Shown: positions 29,330 to 42,625, counted from the first letter of the stretch. The stretch is DNA of 64,000 bases from Octopus sinensis (GCF_006345805.1 NC_043004.1:930001-994000), one strand, 5' to 3'. A program made the numbers and translations. Notes: generated by a model from the letters alone, not told the origin.

Positions 29330-29700
29330 CAAATAAATCGACCCCATTACTTATTTTTCCAAGTCTGGTCATTTCTCTTACCATCCACAGCTCCTTTCTT
29401 ACCACCTCTATCCATTATAAACCCACTGCCTCACACCCTCCTCTCAACTTCTTCTTCCATCCACACCAAACTATCCATCCCTTATTCTCTGTTCCTCTGT
29501 CTCCACCGTCTCTATGCCGACGACCGTGACTTTGAGACACAGTCCCAACACATAGTAGGCCACTTCACCCAACGGCGACACCCCGACACTGTTATCCGAA
29601 CCGCCTCCAACTGTGCTCTATCTGCTGACCTTGCATCCGCTCTTTTTCCCCGCACTTTTCCGTTGAGCGACCAACTAGAGCAGGGACGGAGACTAACTCA
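29330..29700 (+). mobile_element. Penelope-like element fragment (RT thumb/linker)
   Basis: KLSIPYSLFLCLHRLYADDRDFETQS..FTQRRHPDTVI matches the PLE SIPYSQFLRLRRICS pattern. Confidence 0.7.
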
Positions 29701-29799
29701 CTCGCATTCAAATTAGAAACTATCCTCTAAGGAAATTATCTGAAAAATCTGCATAAATAAGATAAGATAAACAGCTTTAAAGACATCGGTGCACCACAG

Positions 29800-30700
29800 T
29801 ATTCCACATAGAATTAACTCGAGTATTTCTTTGCTACAGTTTCCTTCGTGTTGTGCTGCATGCATACAATCAGCCAGGCTCGTGTTCCCAGTCCAGTCTT
29901 TGATGTCGTCATTCCATAAATGTCTTTGAGAGCTCCTTTACTTTCTTCCTCTCTGCACTTCCTGTCAAGATGGTCTTGAGAAATCTTACCTGGAGTAGCT
30001 CTTGAGTTTCTTTTTCCTCCCTTTAGGGGGACCCCAACACTATACAAGTATATACAGCAGGCTCAAAAGTAGCGACCCTATAAAAGCGACTGCTCCACGC
30101 GCATCTGTCACTCTAGCTACGCTTCTGGCTACCCTAGATTCATACTTTATTTTGTCCATCTACCAGTCTGCGGCCACTTTCTGGGAGGTTCGAGTGGGGT
30201 GGATAGAGTACCCAGGCACCTCCTTCGTAGGGTCCTACAAGAAGAAATCATCATTTGACTTTCTGAATGGATTCCCAAGCGTAACTGAAACTATGGATAT
30301 CCAACCATCTCGCTCTTGGTCTACCCTTAAGTCTCCTGCCATTTGGTTCAGGGTAAAGAATCGGCCTGCGATTTTTTCCTGCAATCCCATGTCGGTAGTA
30401 TATGAGATTCTAATCCCATGTCCATTGTACCAGAGCTGTGGCCTCACAATGCGGAGAAGTCACATTCAAAGAGGGAACAACGTTAAGGATTGGGAGTCGG
30501 AATGTCACTTTATTTCATTGACCCCAGACATCACGACCGAACCACAATAATTTCACGCGATCAGTATATTAAGGAACCAATCAGCGTTAAGCCATCGCAT
30601 GATTCAATCTTCTAAAATCTTCTCCTTATGCACTATGAAAGGCCACTTTTGGCGGCAATTAATAACGGAACGTTGAGGCAACTGAGCGTTATGTTTCCAT
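29800..30700 (-). mobile_element. Decayed LINE 5' region / ORF1-like fragment (Tx1-like)
   Basis: Fragmented frames such as LNQMAGDLRVDQERD..VTLGNPFRK; family assignment is by recollection only. Confidence 0.35.
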
Positions 30701-33330
30701 TCTTTCCATATCAAACGGTGCGCATTTTTACCAGCCAGAGGCCCCATGAAGGCGGCTAAGACAGATGGTGCAGATAGATGACCTTTTTTGCCACGAATAG
30801 AGCACAATTGTTTCTAATGTTATGTTGGGCAAGCCACATGTTGCTGTATCGATAGTTTAATAAATTCCAAGCAGTATCTCTTTACCTACATGTAATTATT
30901 GCTGCTGTTATCTGTAAAAGACCAACGCAGTTTGTCTTTATGTGCGATAATAAAATCTTCTGTTAAATGTTCGTGGGGGGTGGTCACTTATTCTTATTCG
31001 CTGCCCAAGAAAACATTTTCATTCATCAACTCAACCAGTCACCATCACCAGACGACGACGACCACCACCACCACCATCAACAACAACAACAACGTGAAGG
31101 TGCAATGGCCCAGTGGTTAGGGCAGCGGACTCACGGTCGGAGGATCGCGGTTTCGATTCCCAGACCAGGCGTTGTGTGTGTTTATTGAGCGAAAACACCT
31201 AAAGCTCCACGAGGATCCGGCAGGGGTTGGTGGCGACCCCTGTTGTACTCTTTCGCTCCAACTTTCTCTCTCTCTTTCTTCCTGTTTCTTATCCCCGACT
31301 TCCTACGCAACCGCTGAGCCTGGATGAGTATTCATCCACCCGTCGATGCTCTCGGTGTCGGGGGTTGACCTGCTTTCTCTTTTGCGGGTCTGACGAATAG
31401 CAAAGGACCGCATTTCGGACTTCTCCCACTTGGACGAAGACCGCTACGCTCAACAGCAACAGCAACAGCAACAACAACAACTAAGCGACAGGCTTAAAAG
31501 AAGTCAATTCTAATCTCTTTGTTCTAATTCAAGGAACTGGGTTCGCAATTGAATGCTAAATAATTTTTGGAAACATTGAAGAAACAATAAATAGGTTCTC
31601 TGTCATCGACATGGAGTCTCTTGTGAATGAAATGTTTTCAAAACAATCGCCGGTTCATATAAATAAACAACAGGGTATGAACAGCATAGTTCTGCTTCTC
31701 AAAGTCAAATAATGCAACCACACACGCACGCACACACAAAGTCACACTATAGACAAAAGCACATACTCGTATACACTCTCTCACACACACACACACACTC
31801 TCTCTCTCATTCACACACATACAAACATATAAACACTCATAAACACACTTACATACATAAACACACACTCACACGCACATACAAACAATCACATTCGTAC
31901 ACACTCTCACATACATCACACAAACACATAGATACACATACATGCACATGCGTATTCACACACAGACCCACATACATACATACACTCACACACGCGCGCT
32001 CGCTCTCGTTTCGTCTTCCTTTTCCTCTGCTGCTCAACATAGCATAGAAATATTTTCTTCAACGCTTCTCTCATCTCTCAACTGTAAAGTTTCGTTGGCA
32101 ACCGACAAACACGAGGAACCAGGTTAATCACAATTCCTCCGCCATTAGCTTACCATTGATATCATTAAAAAAAACTGAGGGATTTTTTTAAACCAAAACA
32201 AGATAGAAAAATTGCTGTTTAGCCCCAAGACAACCCCGAGCAAACAGATCTATGATCAACAGATGAACGAACCATAACCACCATGTCGTTTGAAACATCT
32301 GGGACCACATTATGTCCCTGTAGTGTTGTTTTGATGAATGAACATATGTTTCTTGGGTTGAACAACACCAGCGAATATTTTACAGAGGATTTTATTATCG
32401 CACGTAAAGACAAACTGCGTTGGCCTTTTACTGATAACAACAGCAATAATTACATACTGGAAGAGATATACTGCTTAGAGTTTACAACAAGGTACAGATA
32501 CAGCAACGTGCAGCTTGCCCAACATAACTGGAAAAAAATTATGCTATAAGCGTAGTAACTGTGGTTATTGGTCATTTTTGAGGTGTCTACGTGGGTCGTC
32601 CCGTGTGGCAAGAAAGGAGACACGTGTCACGTGGCTGCCTCAACAACCTACAATTATCGCCAAAAGCGGCCTTTAATAGAGCACAAGAAGATTCTAGAAG
32701 ATTGAATCACACTGATTGGTTGCTTAATAGACCGATCACGTGAAACTATTGTAGTTCATTCTTAATATCTGACCGGTTACTTAGCGCTTCGGTTTCGAAT
32801 CGCCGTTACATCATTAAAAAATGGGTCCTTTCATTTTGTAAGATTGCGGAGTGTGAATTAGGGATGCGTGTGGCCAAGTGGTTCGGGTGTTGCACTCTTG
32901 ATCGCAAGATCGTGGTTTCTATTCCCAGAATAGGTGCATTGCGTTCTTGAGCAAGACACTTCATTTCAGGCCATTCCAGTCCTCTCAGCTTTAAAATGAG
33001 CAACCCTGCAACGGACTGGCTTCCCGTACAGAGGGAATGTTGTGATCTCGGATATTCATATGCTGTGGAATACGGGTAACCGGCCTTATGAGTCGTAGGA
33101 CTTGAGATACTAATGTCCAGGAGTCGATGATGATAAAAGTGTGATTTTGGAGGAAATTTGGCTGCTGTTTCGAGTGGACCCAGTGGTCACATAAAAGCTT
33201 CTTACAAAGCTCGTTTTAAAACATAGCTGATGGTTATAGCGAGAATGCAGCTGGCGAAAATCAATTGAGATAATTCATTTAGTTCAAAATACATATGGTG
33301 TATACAGAAACAATTATATTCTATCATATA

Positions 33331-34414
33331 CGTGATCTGATCAATAAGTATCCGGATTGTTACAATAGTAGTGAAGCTAAACCATGCAGAGTGGAGCCGC
33401 TTGGCACACATTGTTCTTGAACTCTGCTGTGCATGCGCACTAAGTTTTAACATTCTGGCTCACTTCTATTGTTTACGGCAGTGCATGGAAGGAACGTGTG
33501 TAACGTGTGATCATCGCATTGACCATGACAAAGTTGAGCAGAGAATGTGCATTAAATTTTGCCAAAAGCTTGGCGAAGTCTGCTCAGAGGCCTGCGCAAA
33601 GTTTTCAAAAAGTTTTCATCGTTCTCAACACAACAGAGATCTTGTGCAACTGAAACCCGAGTGTCCTTTTGGTCAGCTGAAAGCAGTTTTGGCACAAATT
33701 TGGCAGACATACGTTTCATACCCAAATCTTCAGTGACAATGGACTGAACTGAACCGTAACTCATCTGCATATCCTCTGACAACTCACTGATGATGATTCG
33801 ACGATTTCCTCTCACAGCTGCACTTATATCTGTGATGTTTTTCTCAGTTCTGTTGGCTGCGGGTCTCCAAGAACGTTCAATATCGACATTCTTCCGGCTA
33901 TTTTGGAAACGTCCGAACCTCTCGTACACTTGTGTCCGGCTCATACACTCCTCTTCATACACGTTCTGCAACATTGCATAGGTGTATTGCGTTCTTGAGC
34001 AAGACACTTCATTTCAGGCCATTCCAGTCCTCTCAGCTTTAAAATGAGCAACCCTGCAACGGACTGGCTTCCCGTACAGAGGGATTGTCGTGATCTCGGA
34101 CATTCATATGCTGTGGAATACGGGTAACCGGCCTTATGAGTCGTAGGACTTGAGATACTAAAAGAATTATCTCAATTTGGTAGATAGTGGATCAGGTATC
34201 GCCACAACTTTCTCTGTCATGGTCTATGCGACAATCACACACTACACACGTTCCTTCCAAGCACTGTTGTAAACAGCGGAAGTGAGCTAGAACGTTAAAA
34301 CTTAGTGCGCATGTACAGCAGAGTCCAAGATCAATCTGTGCTGAGAGGCTTTACTCTGTGTGCTTTAGCTTCGTTACTATGGCAACAGTCCAGTTACTTA
34401 TTGATCAAACCACG
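33331..34414. mobile_element. Non-autonomous mariner with two left ends
   Basis: TIRs cgtgatctgatcaataagtatccggatt / agtccagttacttattgatcaaaccacg with TA TSDs. EQRMCIKFCQKLG on the plus strand; SRTQVYE..RF..GRP..MSAKFVPKLL on the minus strand. Confidence 0.85.
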
Positions 34415-34599
34415 TATATTGCGATTTGTGAACGATGGTCTTGTGAGTTACAGGTGTATGAATGCGTTTACAACATTTTCACGGCAAGGGTCAAAGGAGA
34501 ACCTACAACTCGGTGGACTAAATTCAACGATGTGTTTTCAGCAACGTATGCGTTCTTTGTCAATAAACGACAACACACACAATCTGTTTATTTATTTAA

Positions 34600-35230
34600 T
34601 AAGGGAATAGTGACAGAGTTTCCTAGGGCAGAGGGTAAGCTAGTTAGTAACCTTTGAAGAGGTGCTTAGAAAAGGCATTGCGTTGGATGTGCTGGGAGGG
34701 AAGTTGGCTCTTGATTGGTCTTTCAACATAAATAAACGAAGGCACGAGGGAAATAAAACTGTTCGGTGGGGGCCCGGGTGGCAAGGACACGATGTGGAAA
34801 CAAAGCAACAGTTCGATCTGATATGGATCAGGAAGGGAAAATGCAACTCAAATCCAAGTAAATGTACTCGGATTTTCAGAGGCGGACGGTGGACCAGAGA
34901 CAGCAGTAGGTTTTACTGTCTACCTCGAAGGCCTGCTGCGGTTCTTGGATAGGTATACAGAGTTCTGTAAGAACAGCTGACGAAATATGAGAAGCGATGG
35001 TGAGCTGCACAAGAGGGGTCACCGGGGCAGCAGAGTCTTCCCTATGAGCTTTATCGTGAGTGGCACACTTGATAGTGAACTTTTTGGAGGATGATTACTG
35101 CAACTGGCAGCAGAACAGGAGAATTCCCTGTCCAGCTAAAAGAGGTGTGGTGGTATTGCTGAGAAAGGACCCAAATAAGGGGAATGGTTTTAACAACTTC
35201 AAGCCCTTAATTCTGCTAAATGCAGATTCT
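34600..35230 (+). mobile_element. Tx1/L1-type LINE fragment (EN and RT N-terminus)
   Basis: YCNWQQNRRIP..RGVVVLLRKDPNKG..NFKPLILLNAD. Confidence 0.7.
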
Positions 35231-36539
35231 TTTATGATTTTCCAGTCATGGTTTAGGACAAATGTTGCTGTAATTTAGCCCCAGGAGACATCGTCTCCAG
35301 CTGGCTATACAAAATTGCGATCTGTGTCCTTATATTATGATATTACATTCGTCCTAAACCAGAAATGCCACGTTATGTTGGCAAACAATCTTTACTACAA
35401 AGTACTGTTGCTGAATATCTTTCGTTGTGAGATTTAAAAAAAGTAATTTTCTAATGTTAGCTAATGTTGTGGATAGTCTTGTAGATGAGTTACTGACATA
35501 CACCATACCAGTTTTTGTTCCCAGACATACCATAATTAGGGGTACAAAACAAAATGTGTCTTTCTTTTGATAAGAAGGAAAATTTGCTAATTATTTCTAG
35601 CAGGTCAAGCAACAACGTAAAGGCTATTTCATTTAATAATTGATATTTCACATTACCAACTTTTTGTGTTCTAGTGATTCAACTACTTCAGGAGAAGGGC
35701 CATTTGTTTTATTGATACGAAGGCACACACGCACACACACACACTCAATCACATACGCACACAGACCGCATATTCTCTCTCTCTCACACACACACACAAC
35801 ACTCACACACACACCACACTCACTCATACACACTCACTCACATACACACACAATCACACAGTTTTCTTTATATATTTTTTTAAACATAGGTGCAGGAGTG
35901 GCTGTGTGGTAAGTAGCTTGCTTACCAACCACATGGTTCCAGGTTCAGTCCCACTGCGTGGCACCTTGGGTACGTGTCTTCTACTATAGCCTCGGGCCGA
36001 CCAAAGCCTTGTGAGTGGATTTGGTAGACAGAAACTGAAAGAGGCCTGTCGTATATGTGCATATGTATGTGTGTGCGTGTGTGTGCGTGTGTGTGTGTGT
36101 GTTTGTGTGTCTGTGTTTGTCCCCCCCAAATCACTTGAAAACCGATGTTGGAGCGTTTACATCCCCGTAACTTAGCAGTTCGGCACAAGAGACCAATAGA
36201 ATAAGTACTAGGTTGGCAAAGAATAAGTCCTGGGGTCGATTTGCTCGACTAAAGGCTGTGCTCCAGCATGGCCACAGTCAAATGACTGAAACAAGTAAAA
36301 GAGTATACATAGTCACAATTTCAAGAAACAAAGATTTAAAATAGAGATTCTTGAAATTCAGGACGAACATAAAATTACAAGGCACATAAAATATTTATTT
36401 AATCAAATAGAAATAAATACAAACAAATATTATCTGAAATCTTTTGCAGTAAATAAAGGGAGAGACAATGAAACTGAAGAGTGAAGAATGACATTTCATT
36501 TGGGAAGAAGTTATGAAAGATATAAACATACTGTGAAAG

Positions 36540-36769
36540 CCCTGATATGGACCTTGTTTAAGCCCTGATACGGTCCTTGTTTAAGCCCTGATACGGTCCT
36601 TGTTTAAGGCCTGATACGGTCCTTGTTTAAGCTCTGATACGGTCCTTGTTTAAGCCCTGATACGGTCCTTGTTTAAGGCCTGATACGGTCCTTGTTTAAG
36701 CTCTGATATGGTCCTTGTTTAAGGTCTGATACGGTCCTTGTTTAAGGCCTGATACGGTTCTTGTTTAAG
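36540..36769. repeat. 23-bp minisatellite, 10 copies
   Basis: Unit (c/g)(c/t)ctgatacggtccttgtttaag in head-to-tail array with no spacers. Confidence 0.95.
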
Positions 36770-37666
36770 CTCCCTTCATCAAGTAGAGCGATCACAAATG
36801 AGGTCAGATTTTCAGTTGAGGTAATCCTGTCTTTTTGTATATAAGGGAAAATATTGCATAATGTGTTCTTTATTTTCCTTTTTGCAAAAAGACAGTAGAG
36901 ACACTTGACAGCTGTTTCTAGCTGACTGAGCAATTTTGGTTATGCAAATCAAAACAAAAATAATAATAATAATAATGAAAATAAAAATAAAAGACTGCAA
37001 CCTAGGAAGAGGCAGAATAGGTAGTGGTAACCACCAAGGTATAAGCCAGTCACGGGCAATATTGTGGCCCGCAAGGGTTTTTGAATGGCATGCCTAACAA
37101 AATATCACCTTGAACTGTTTTAGTAGCGCAGCCCACCTGATGATGAGCCATGTCTGATGGGACCCACTTCTCTAAAAAAGGTTGCACATGTCAGCTATAG
37201 GTCCTGATTTTGTCTTCTGATGAAAAAAAAAGGACTTTTTCTTATAAACGCAATTTAATACTTAATATCATATGTTTGTACACACACACATGAGGGCAGT
37301 CTGTTGGTTACGATGATGAGGGTCCAGCTGATCCGATCAACGGAACAGCCTGCTCATGAAATTAATGTGCAAGTGGCTAAGCACTCCACCAACATGTGTA
37401 CCCTTAATGTAATTCTCAGGGAAATTCAGCATGACACAGAGAGTGACAAGGTTGGCCCCTTGAAATACAGGTACAACTCATTTTTGCCAGCTGAGTGGAC
37501 TGGAACAATGGAAAATAAAGTGACTTGCTCAAGCACACAATGTGTCACCAGGAATTGAACTCACGACCTTACGATTGTGAGCTGAATGGCCTAACCACTA
37601 AGCCACGCTTATATATATATATATATATACATATATACATATACATATATATATATACATATATAC

Positions 37667-37708
<42 letters not shown>

Positions 37709-37711
37709 GTA

Positions 37712-38342
37712 CACAGAGAGTGTTCAAAAAGTCTCTCTGCAATGAAAGTTTTCATCCTGCATATGTGCAACTTGGCTCTCACTGCATGAGCGGCCAGGTA
37801 TCAGCCCCTGTCTCTCAGTCACAGTATACCCTTCAGCGTGTTGACATGCCAACCATTGAAGAACAGACGTTTTTAGTTGAATGGGTTGTTTCGAGCTGGA
37901 AACAAATACATAGATACTGTAAAACAGAAGTTCAGTGAAATTTTTCCGAATACTGTTGTCCCACATTGTGACACTGTATGGGATTTGAGAAGAAAATTTA
38001 AAAACACAGGCTTAGTGGAAGACGCAGCAAGAAGTGGAAGGCCTACTTTGTTTCAGACGAAACACTCTCCAATATTTCTGATAAACTGTTGGCCAGCCCG
38101 TCAAACTCCTTACACAAATTATCACAGGAAACGGAAATCAGCCTAGGAAGTGTTCACACGGCAGTAAAAAAGAAATTAAATTTTATGTATTGAAAATGAA
38201 GGACGACACTTTCAACACCTCTTATGAAATTTTTTGAAGTCTTGAAAAGTCTAATATATTCCTTTGTAGTCTTATACCATCTTATAAATATATATTTTGC
38301 AATAAAATACTTACTACAGGGAGACTTTTTGAACCCCCTGTG
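37712..38342 (+). mobile_element. Internally deleted Tc1/mariner element (DUF4817-type HTH)
   Basis: TIRs cacagagagtgttcaaaaagtctc / gagactttttgaaccccctgtg with TA TSD; KFSEIFPNTVVPH..VWDL..KFKNTG.V.DAARSGRP. Confidence 0.8.
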
Positions 38343-38349
38343 TATATAT

Positions 38350-39230
38350 CATCATCATCATCATCATCATCATTGTTTAACGTTCGCTTTCCATGCTGGC
38401 AAGGGTTGGACGGTTTCACAGGACTGGTGAGCCAGATGGCTGCACCAGGCTCCAATCTAATCTGGCAGAGTTTCTACAGCTGGATGCCTTTCCTAATGCC
38501 AACCACTCCAAGAGTGTAGTGGGTGCTTTTATGTGTCACTGGCACGAGGGCCAGTCAGGCAGTACTGGATACGGCCATGATCAAATGGTGTTCTTACGTG
38601 TCACCTGCACAGGAGCCAGTCCAGCGGCACTGGCAATGCCCTCACTCGAATGTTGTTTTTCACATACCACCAGCACAAGTGCCAGTAAGGTGACGCTGGT
38701 AACAATCATGCTCAAATGGTGCTTTTTATGTGCCACCGGCACGGGGGCCAGTCAGTGACCCTGGCAACGATCATGCTCAGATGGTGCTCTTAGCACTCCA
38801 CTAGCACTGATGCCAGTCATGCAGTGCTGTCATCGAACTTGATTTCGATTTCACTTGCCTCAAGCAGAGTTTAGTGTCCAATGAAAGTAAGGTACACCTA
38901 AGTGAGCTGGTTACATCACTGGCATAGACCATGGGTTATGGTCTCACTTGGCTTGCTGGGTCTTCTCAAGCACAGCATATTTCCAAAGGTCTTAGTCACT
39001 AGTCATTGCCTCGGTGAGGCCTGATGTTCGAAGGTCGTGCTATATATATATCGTCATCATCATCATTTAATGTCCATTTTCCATGCTAGTATGAGTAGGA
39101 CAAGGTTACACCAGGCTCCATTAGTCTGTTTTGGCATGATTTCTACAGCTGGATGCTCTTCCGAATGCCAACCACTATACAGAGTGTACTGGGTGCTTTT
39201 TATGTGACACCAGTAATGAGAATGGAATCA
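38350..39230 (-). mobile_element. RTE-tail SINE-like repeat with an internal tandem subrepeat
   Basis: (CAT)n-gtttaacgt..ttccatgct..ggttggac..ctggatgcc..aaccact with tandem gtgcca units. Related copies at about 43790-44020, 50870, 51780-52200, 57790 and 58660-59030. Confidence 0.7.
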
Positions 39231-40309
39231 GAAGAAGTAGCTGCAAGGCAAGAGAGAGGTTAGACTATAATAGAGGCACAATGATAGTTGTTTTACTATA
39301 GAGAGGATATTTGGCTACCCCTGGAGGAAAAGGGGAGAGACAGAGAGAGAGATAGAGACACTCAGAATGAGAGAGAGTGAAAATATACAGTACATATAAA
39401 ATATGTATTTATGTATGTATGTGTGTGTATGTATATATATATGAGATGAACAGGAATGGAGGATATCAGATCTTTGAGGATTACATCATACAGGACAATA
39501 ATCGTTTCTATTGTGTAAGCATTTTTAGATATAGAAAAAGGTGCACAATCAGATCAATTATAAAACTCAACGTATCCAAAATTTATGTGAATGCCATGTG
39601 TTATCAAGGTAACCCATGATAACTTGAATTCAAAGTGAACTGATAGGATGGCTGTTATACCTCAGCATAGACAAAAACAGCTTTAAGAAGAAATATTATA
39701 TGTTTAGAAAAGCCAGAACTCATGATGATGTCAATGGTCAGTAAAATAATAAAGAATATAAACATAGAAAATGCTACCAAAGTACATTTAGTTATCTGGC
39801 TAGTTAAGAATGCTTGAAAGAAATTTTTTTTAAATTTAGAAAAATTATGTTTTTTAATTACAAGAAAGGCAATTACAATAAAAGTGTTGTTTACTATTGA
39901 AATATTTAAATGCTTTTCTATACCTATGTGAACATTTCAAGGTAAGATTAGTGCTAGTATTTAATAATTCTAATTCTGAATTAAATAACACATTTCCTCG
40001 AGGCAAAGTTCACATTGAAAACAACACAACAGAAACAATCATTGTTTTTTGTATGATATAATTCTGAAATAAAGTATTGACATTCTCCATTCTGGTTCAT
40101 CTTGTTCGATACACTGGGTTTTTAGAAATTCTTCTGGCAAACTTTGGATTTATTTATTACACTGGGGAATAACTGTGGATGTTGTTTCTATTTTAATCTG
40201 CTGATATCTGATTATTTCATGTAGTTAATCAAGTTCACTTAATCACTGAATGTTTACAAGTGCCCTGATTTATTAATCCATATTACCTGTTATTTACACA
40301 CACACACAC

Positions 40310-40360
<51 letters not shown>

Positions 40361-40572
40361 ATCTTCAGGTGTCAATAAGTCTGCAACATCTGCTGCTCAG
40401 AAATTATAATTGCTTGCATGCAAAAATGCTGTCTATATGAAAATAACTCTTAGAGTTTGCCCAATCATTCATATTTCTTATTATCTTGATAAGAGTGTAG
40501 TGTTTGAAATATCAAGAATTATTAATAGCAAATGTCACAGGTTTGATAAAGGCAATACTGAAAATGAGTTCA

Positions 40573-40644
40573 TCAGGCTGTTAACCATTTTTTTCTGATG
40601 TGTTTTTCTAGATCTTGAAGTGTTGATCTTTCCTTAGGCGCAAT
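40573..40644 (-). CDS. Pseudokinase terminal coding exon, subdomain XI (IAPKERSTLQDLEKHIRKKWLTA*)
   Basis: Acceptor tttcttgtttcag|ATT. The joined sequence GWI-IAPKERSTL matches CW..dPxeRPtf. AATAAA on the minus strand at 40269-40274 and 40149-40154. Confidence 0.85.
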   Translation of the reverse strand: MAPKERSTLQDLEKHIRKKWLTA

Positions 40645-40682
40645 CTGAAACAAGAAATAGTAGTTATAATTATTATTATTAT

Positions 40683-40717
<35 letters not shown>

Positions 40718-41672
40718 TTATTATTATTATTATTATTTCAACTGTCTGCATGTTCTGAGTTCAAATTCCACTGAGGCCGACTTTGCCTTTCATCCTTTTG
40801 GGGTCGATAAATTAAGTACCAATGAAATACTGGAGTCGATGTGGTTGACCAAATTTCAGGCCTTGTGCCTTTAGTAGAAAAGATTATTATTATTGTATTT
40901 TATAAAGATTGATGTAACTCTTCAGGAAGGTAATAGGCAATAAGAAGAGCATGATGCGACTGTAATAGATTGTAAATTTAATGGTTTGAATGATATTTCG
41001 ACAGCTTGTTTGTCTTTTTCAAGTTCAAATTGTAAAATGAAAACAGCTGCAGAAACACAGAAATTCAAAATATAAATGAGAAAATCCTGTGTTCATCAAT
41101 TTGCAATTTTATAACTGGTAAAAGGAAAAAGAAAAAAAAAAACAGAAAGAAGAGAAAAGAAAAATAAAAGAATATTTAGTTGAATAGTTTTGTGTGAATG
41201 CAATGAACTTCACTTGTCATTTTATTCATTCCTTCAGGGCATGATGCCATTATTTCACAAATATATTTGTCCTCGTGCATTTTGAGGACTGAAAGTGTAG
41301 AAGTTTCAGAATATTTTTATGAGAGTGTGCACTTGCAGGTGTTCTTCAAAATTACAGCCACTCGTACATATAAAGCCATAAAGAATAGTATATAAATACT
41401 GGGTTGAAAAATCCCTTTTAGGGCACTCATTTCTCCACTATACATGACAGATGTTTCTACCATTGCACCAAAGCAGCCATTTGAATTTTTTTATCCATTT
41501 TAGAAACTTTATCCATATCAGTGAGAATTGGATGTTGTTGAAGTCATAAGAATTTATAAACTTTTGAAACAAAAATTGCTTTTTTTTTGGGGGGGGGGGG
41601 GGGATGCATCTCAAATTACATATAAAACACATAAATAACATGTAAAAAGACAAAATAGTATTGTTAACTTAC

Positions 41673-41744
41673 TATCCAACCATAATGAAGGATGCTCTTT
41701 ATCGATCTAGGAGCATAGTTACATTTCCAGCCTCTCTTTGTCAT
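41673..41744 (-). CDS. Pseudokinase exon (MTKRGWKCNYAPRSIKSILHYGWI), phase 0->0
   Basis: Acceptor ttttgctttgcattttag|ATG, donor ATA|gtaagt. 72 nt; only this frame is open. Confidence 0.85.
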
Positions 41745-41799
41745 CTAAAATGCAAAGCAAAAACCAAATTAGAGTTATAAGCAGATCACACCTAAAAGG

Positions 41800-42625
41800 G
41801 GAACAGAGTTCATTATTTACATTATTTACATTTGACGGATATTTGTCCTCATCTTGTTTGTTGTTCACACAATGTTTCGGCTGATATACCCTCCAGCCTT
41901 CATCAGGTGTCTTGGAGAAATTTCGAGCCTGGGTTCTCATTCCTAAGGTATTTTTTGCCAGCTGGAGGAGATGTTCTCCTGGGGCTACAGGCTACATTAA
42001 CACCCACCCTTAGTGGTTAGCCATATTAAGATGGCAAATATACCTCACATTGTTGTGCAGTTACTGTTTATACCTCGTTCAGAGATTTATTATTGCTTGC
42101 ATACAGTTTTTCGAGATAAGTGACGAAAAGTTACTGGAAAAATGATATAAGTATTTGCACTGGGACCCCTTTCATCGAAAACCGGTGATTGTCGTACGCT
42201 GATGACAAGTCAATACCTAGAAACTGCAGTCCGTGCGTATCACTTAGGTTGACGAGGGAAGGATGACCTCCCTTTGCAAATACCATAAGAGCACAGAAAG
42301 TGTACCTAAAGCCAGCTGGAGGAGATGTTCTCCTGAGGCTACAAGCTACAGTAACACCCACCCTTAGTGGTTAGCCATATTGAGATGGCAAATATACCTC
42401 ACATTATTATTACTATTATTATTGTTGTTATTATTATGATTATTATTATTATTATTATTATTATTATTGTTATTCAGGTCACTTCCTGGAATCGAACTTG
42501 GAATCTTGGGGTTAGTAGCCTGCGCTCTTAACCATGGCCCATGGGCATATGGTGTATTGGTTAAGAGCGCGGGCTACTAACCCCAAGATTCCGAGTTAAA
42601 TTCAAGCAGTGACCTGAACAATAAC

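Noticed and set aside
34417-34610. OTU-protease-like fragment (IAICERWSCELQVYE...)
   Set aside because: The resemblance is too weak, with no catalytic Cys or His motif and no splice support.
36540-36769. CRISPR-like array
   Set aside because: The units are contiguous with no spacers, there are no cas genes, and the context is eukaryotic.
40920-41046. Possible extra pseudokinase exon (VFILQFELEKDKQAVEISFKPL...) after a good acceptor
   Set aside because: It is open only in phase 1 while the upstream exon ends in phase 0, it has no convincing donor, and 41673 splices cleanly to 40644.
41200-41570. Short open frames on both strands (LKMHEDKYICEIM..., GHDAIISQ..., LQQHPILTDM...)
   Set aside because: No phase-compatible acceptor/donor pair fits the kinase model, and there is no recognisable motif.
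42180-42230. YADD motif suggesting an RT inside the 450-bp insert
   Set aside because: There is an in-frame stop just upstream and no other RT motifs, so chance is likely.
42472-42617. tRNA genes
   Set aside because: There are A/B-box-like motifs but no complete cloverleaf or acceptor stem. These are SINE heads, as at 31105, 32860 and 54515.
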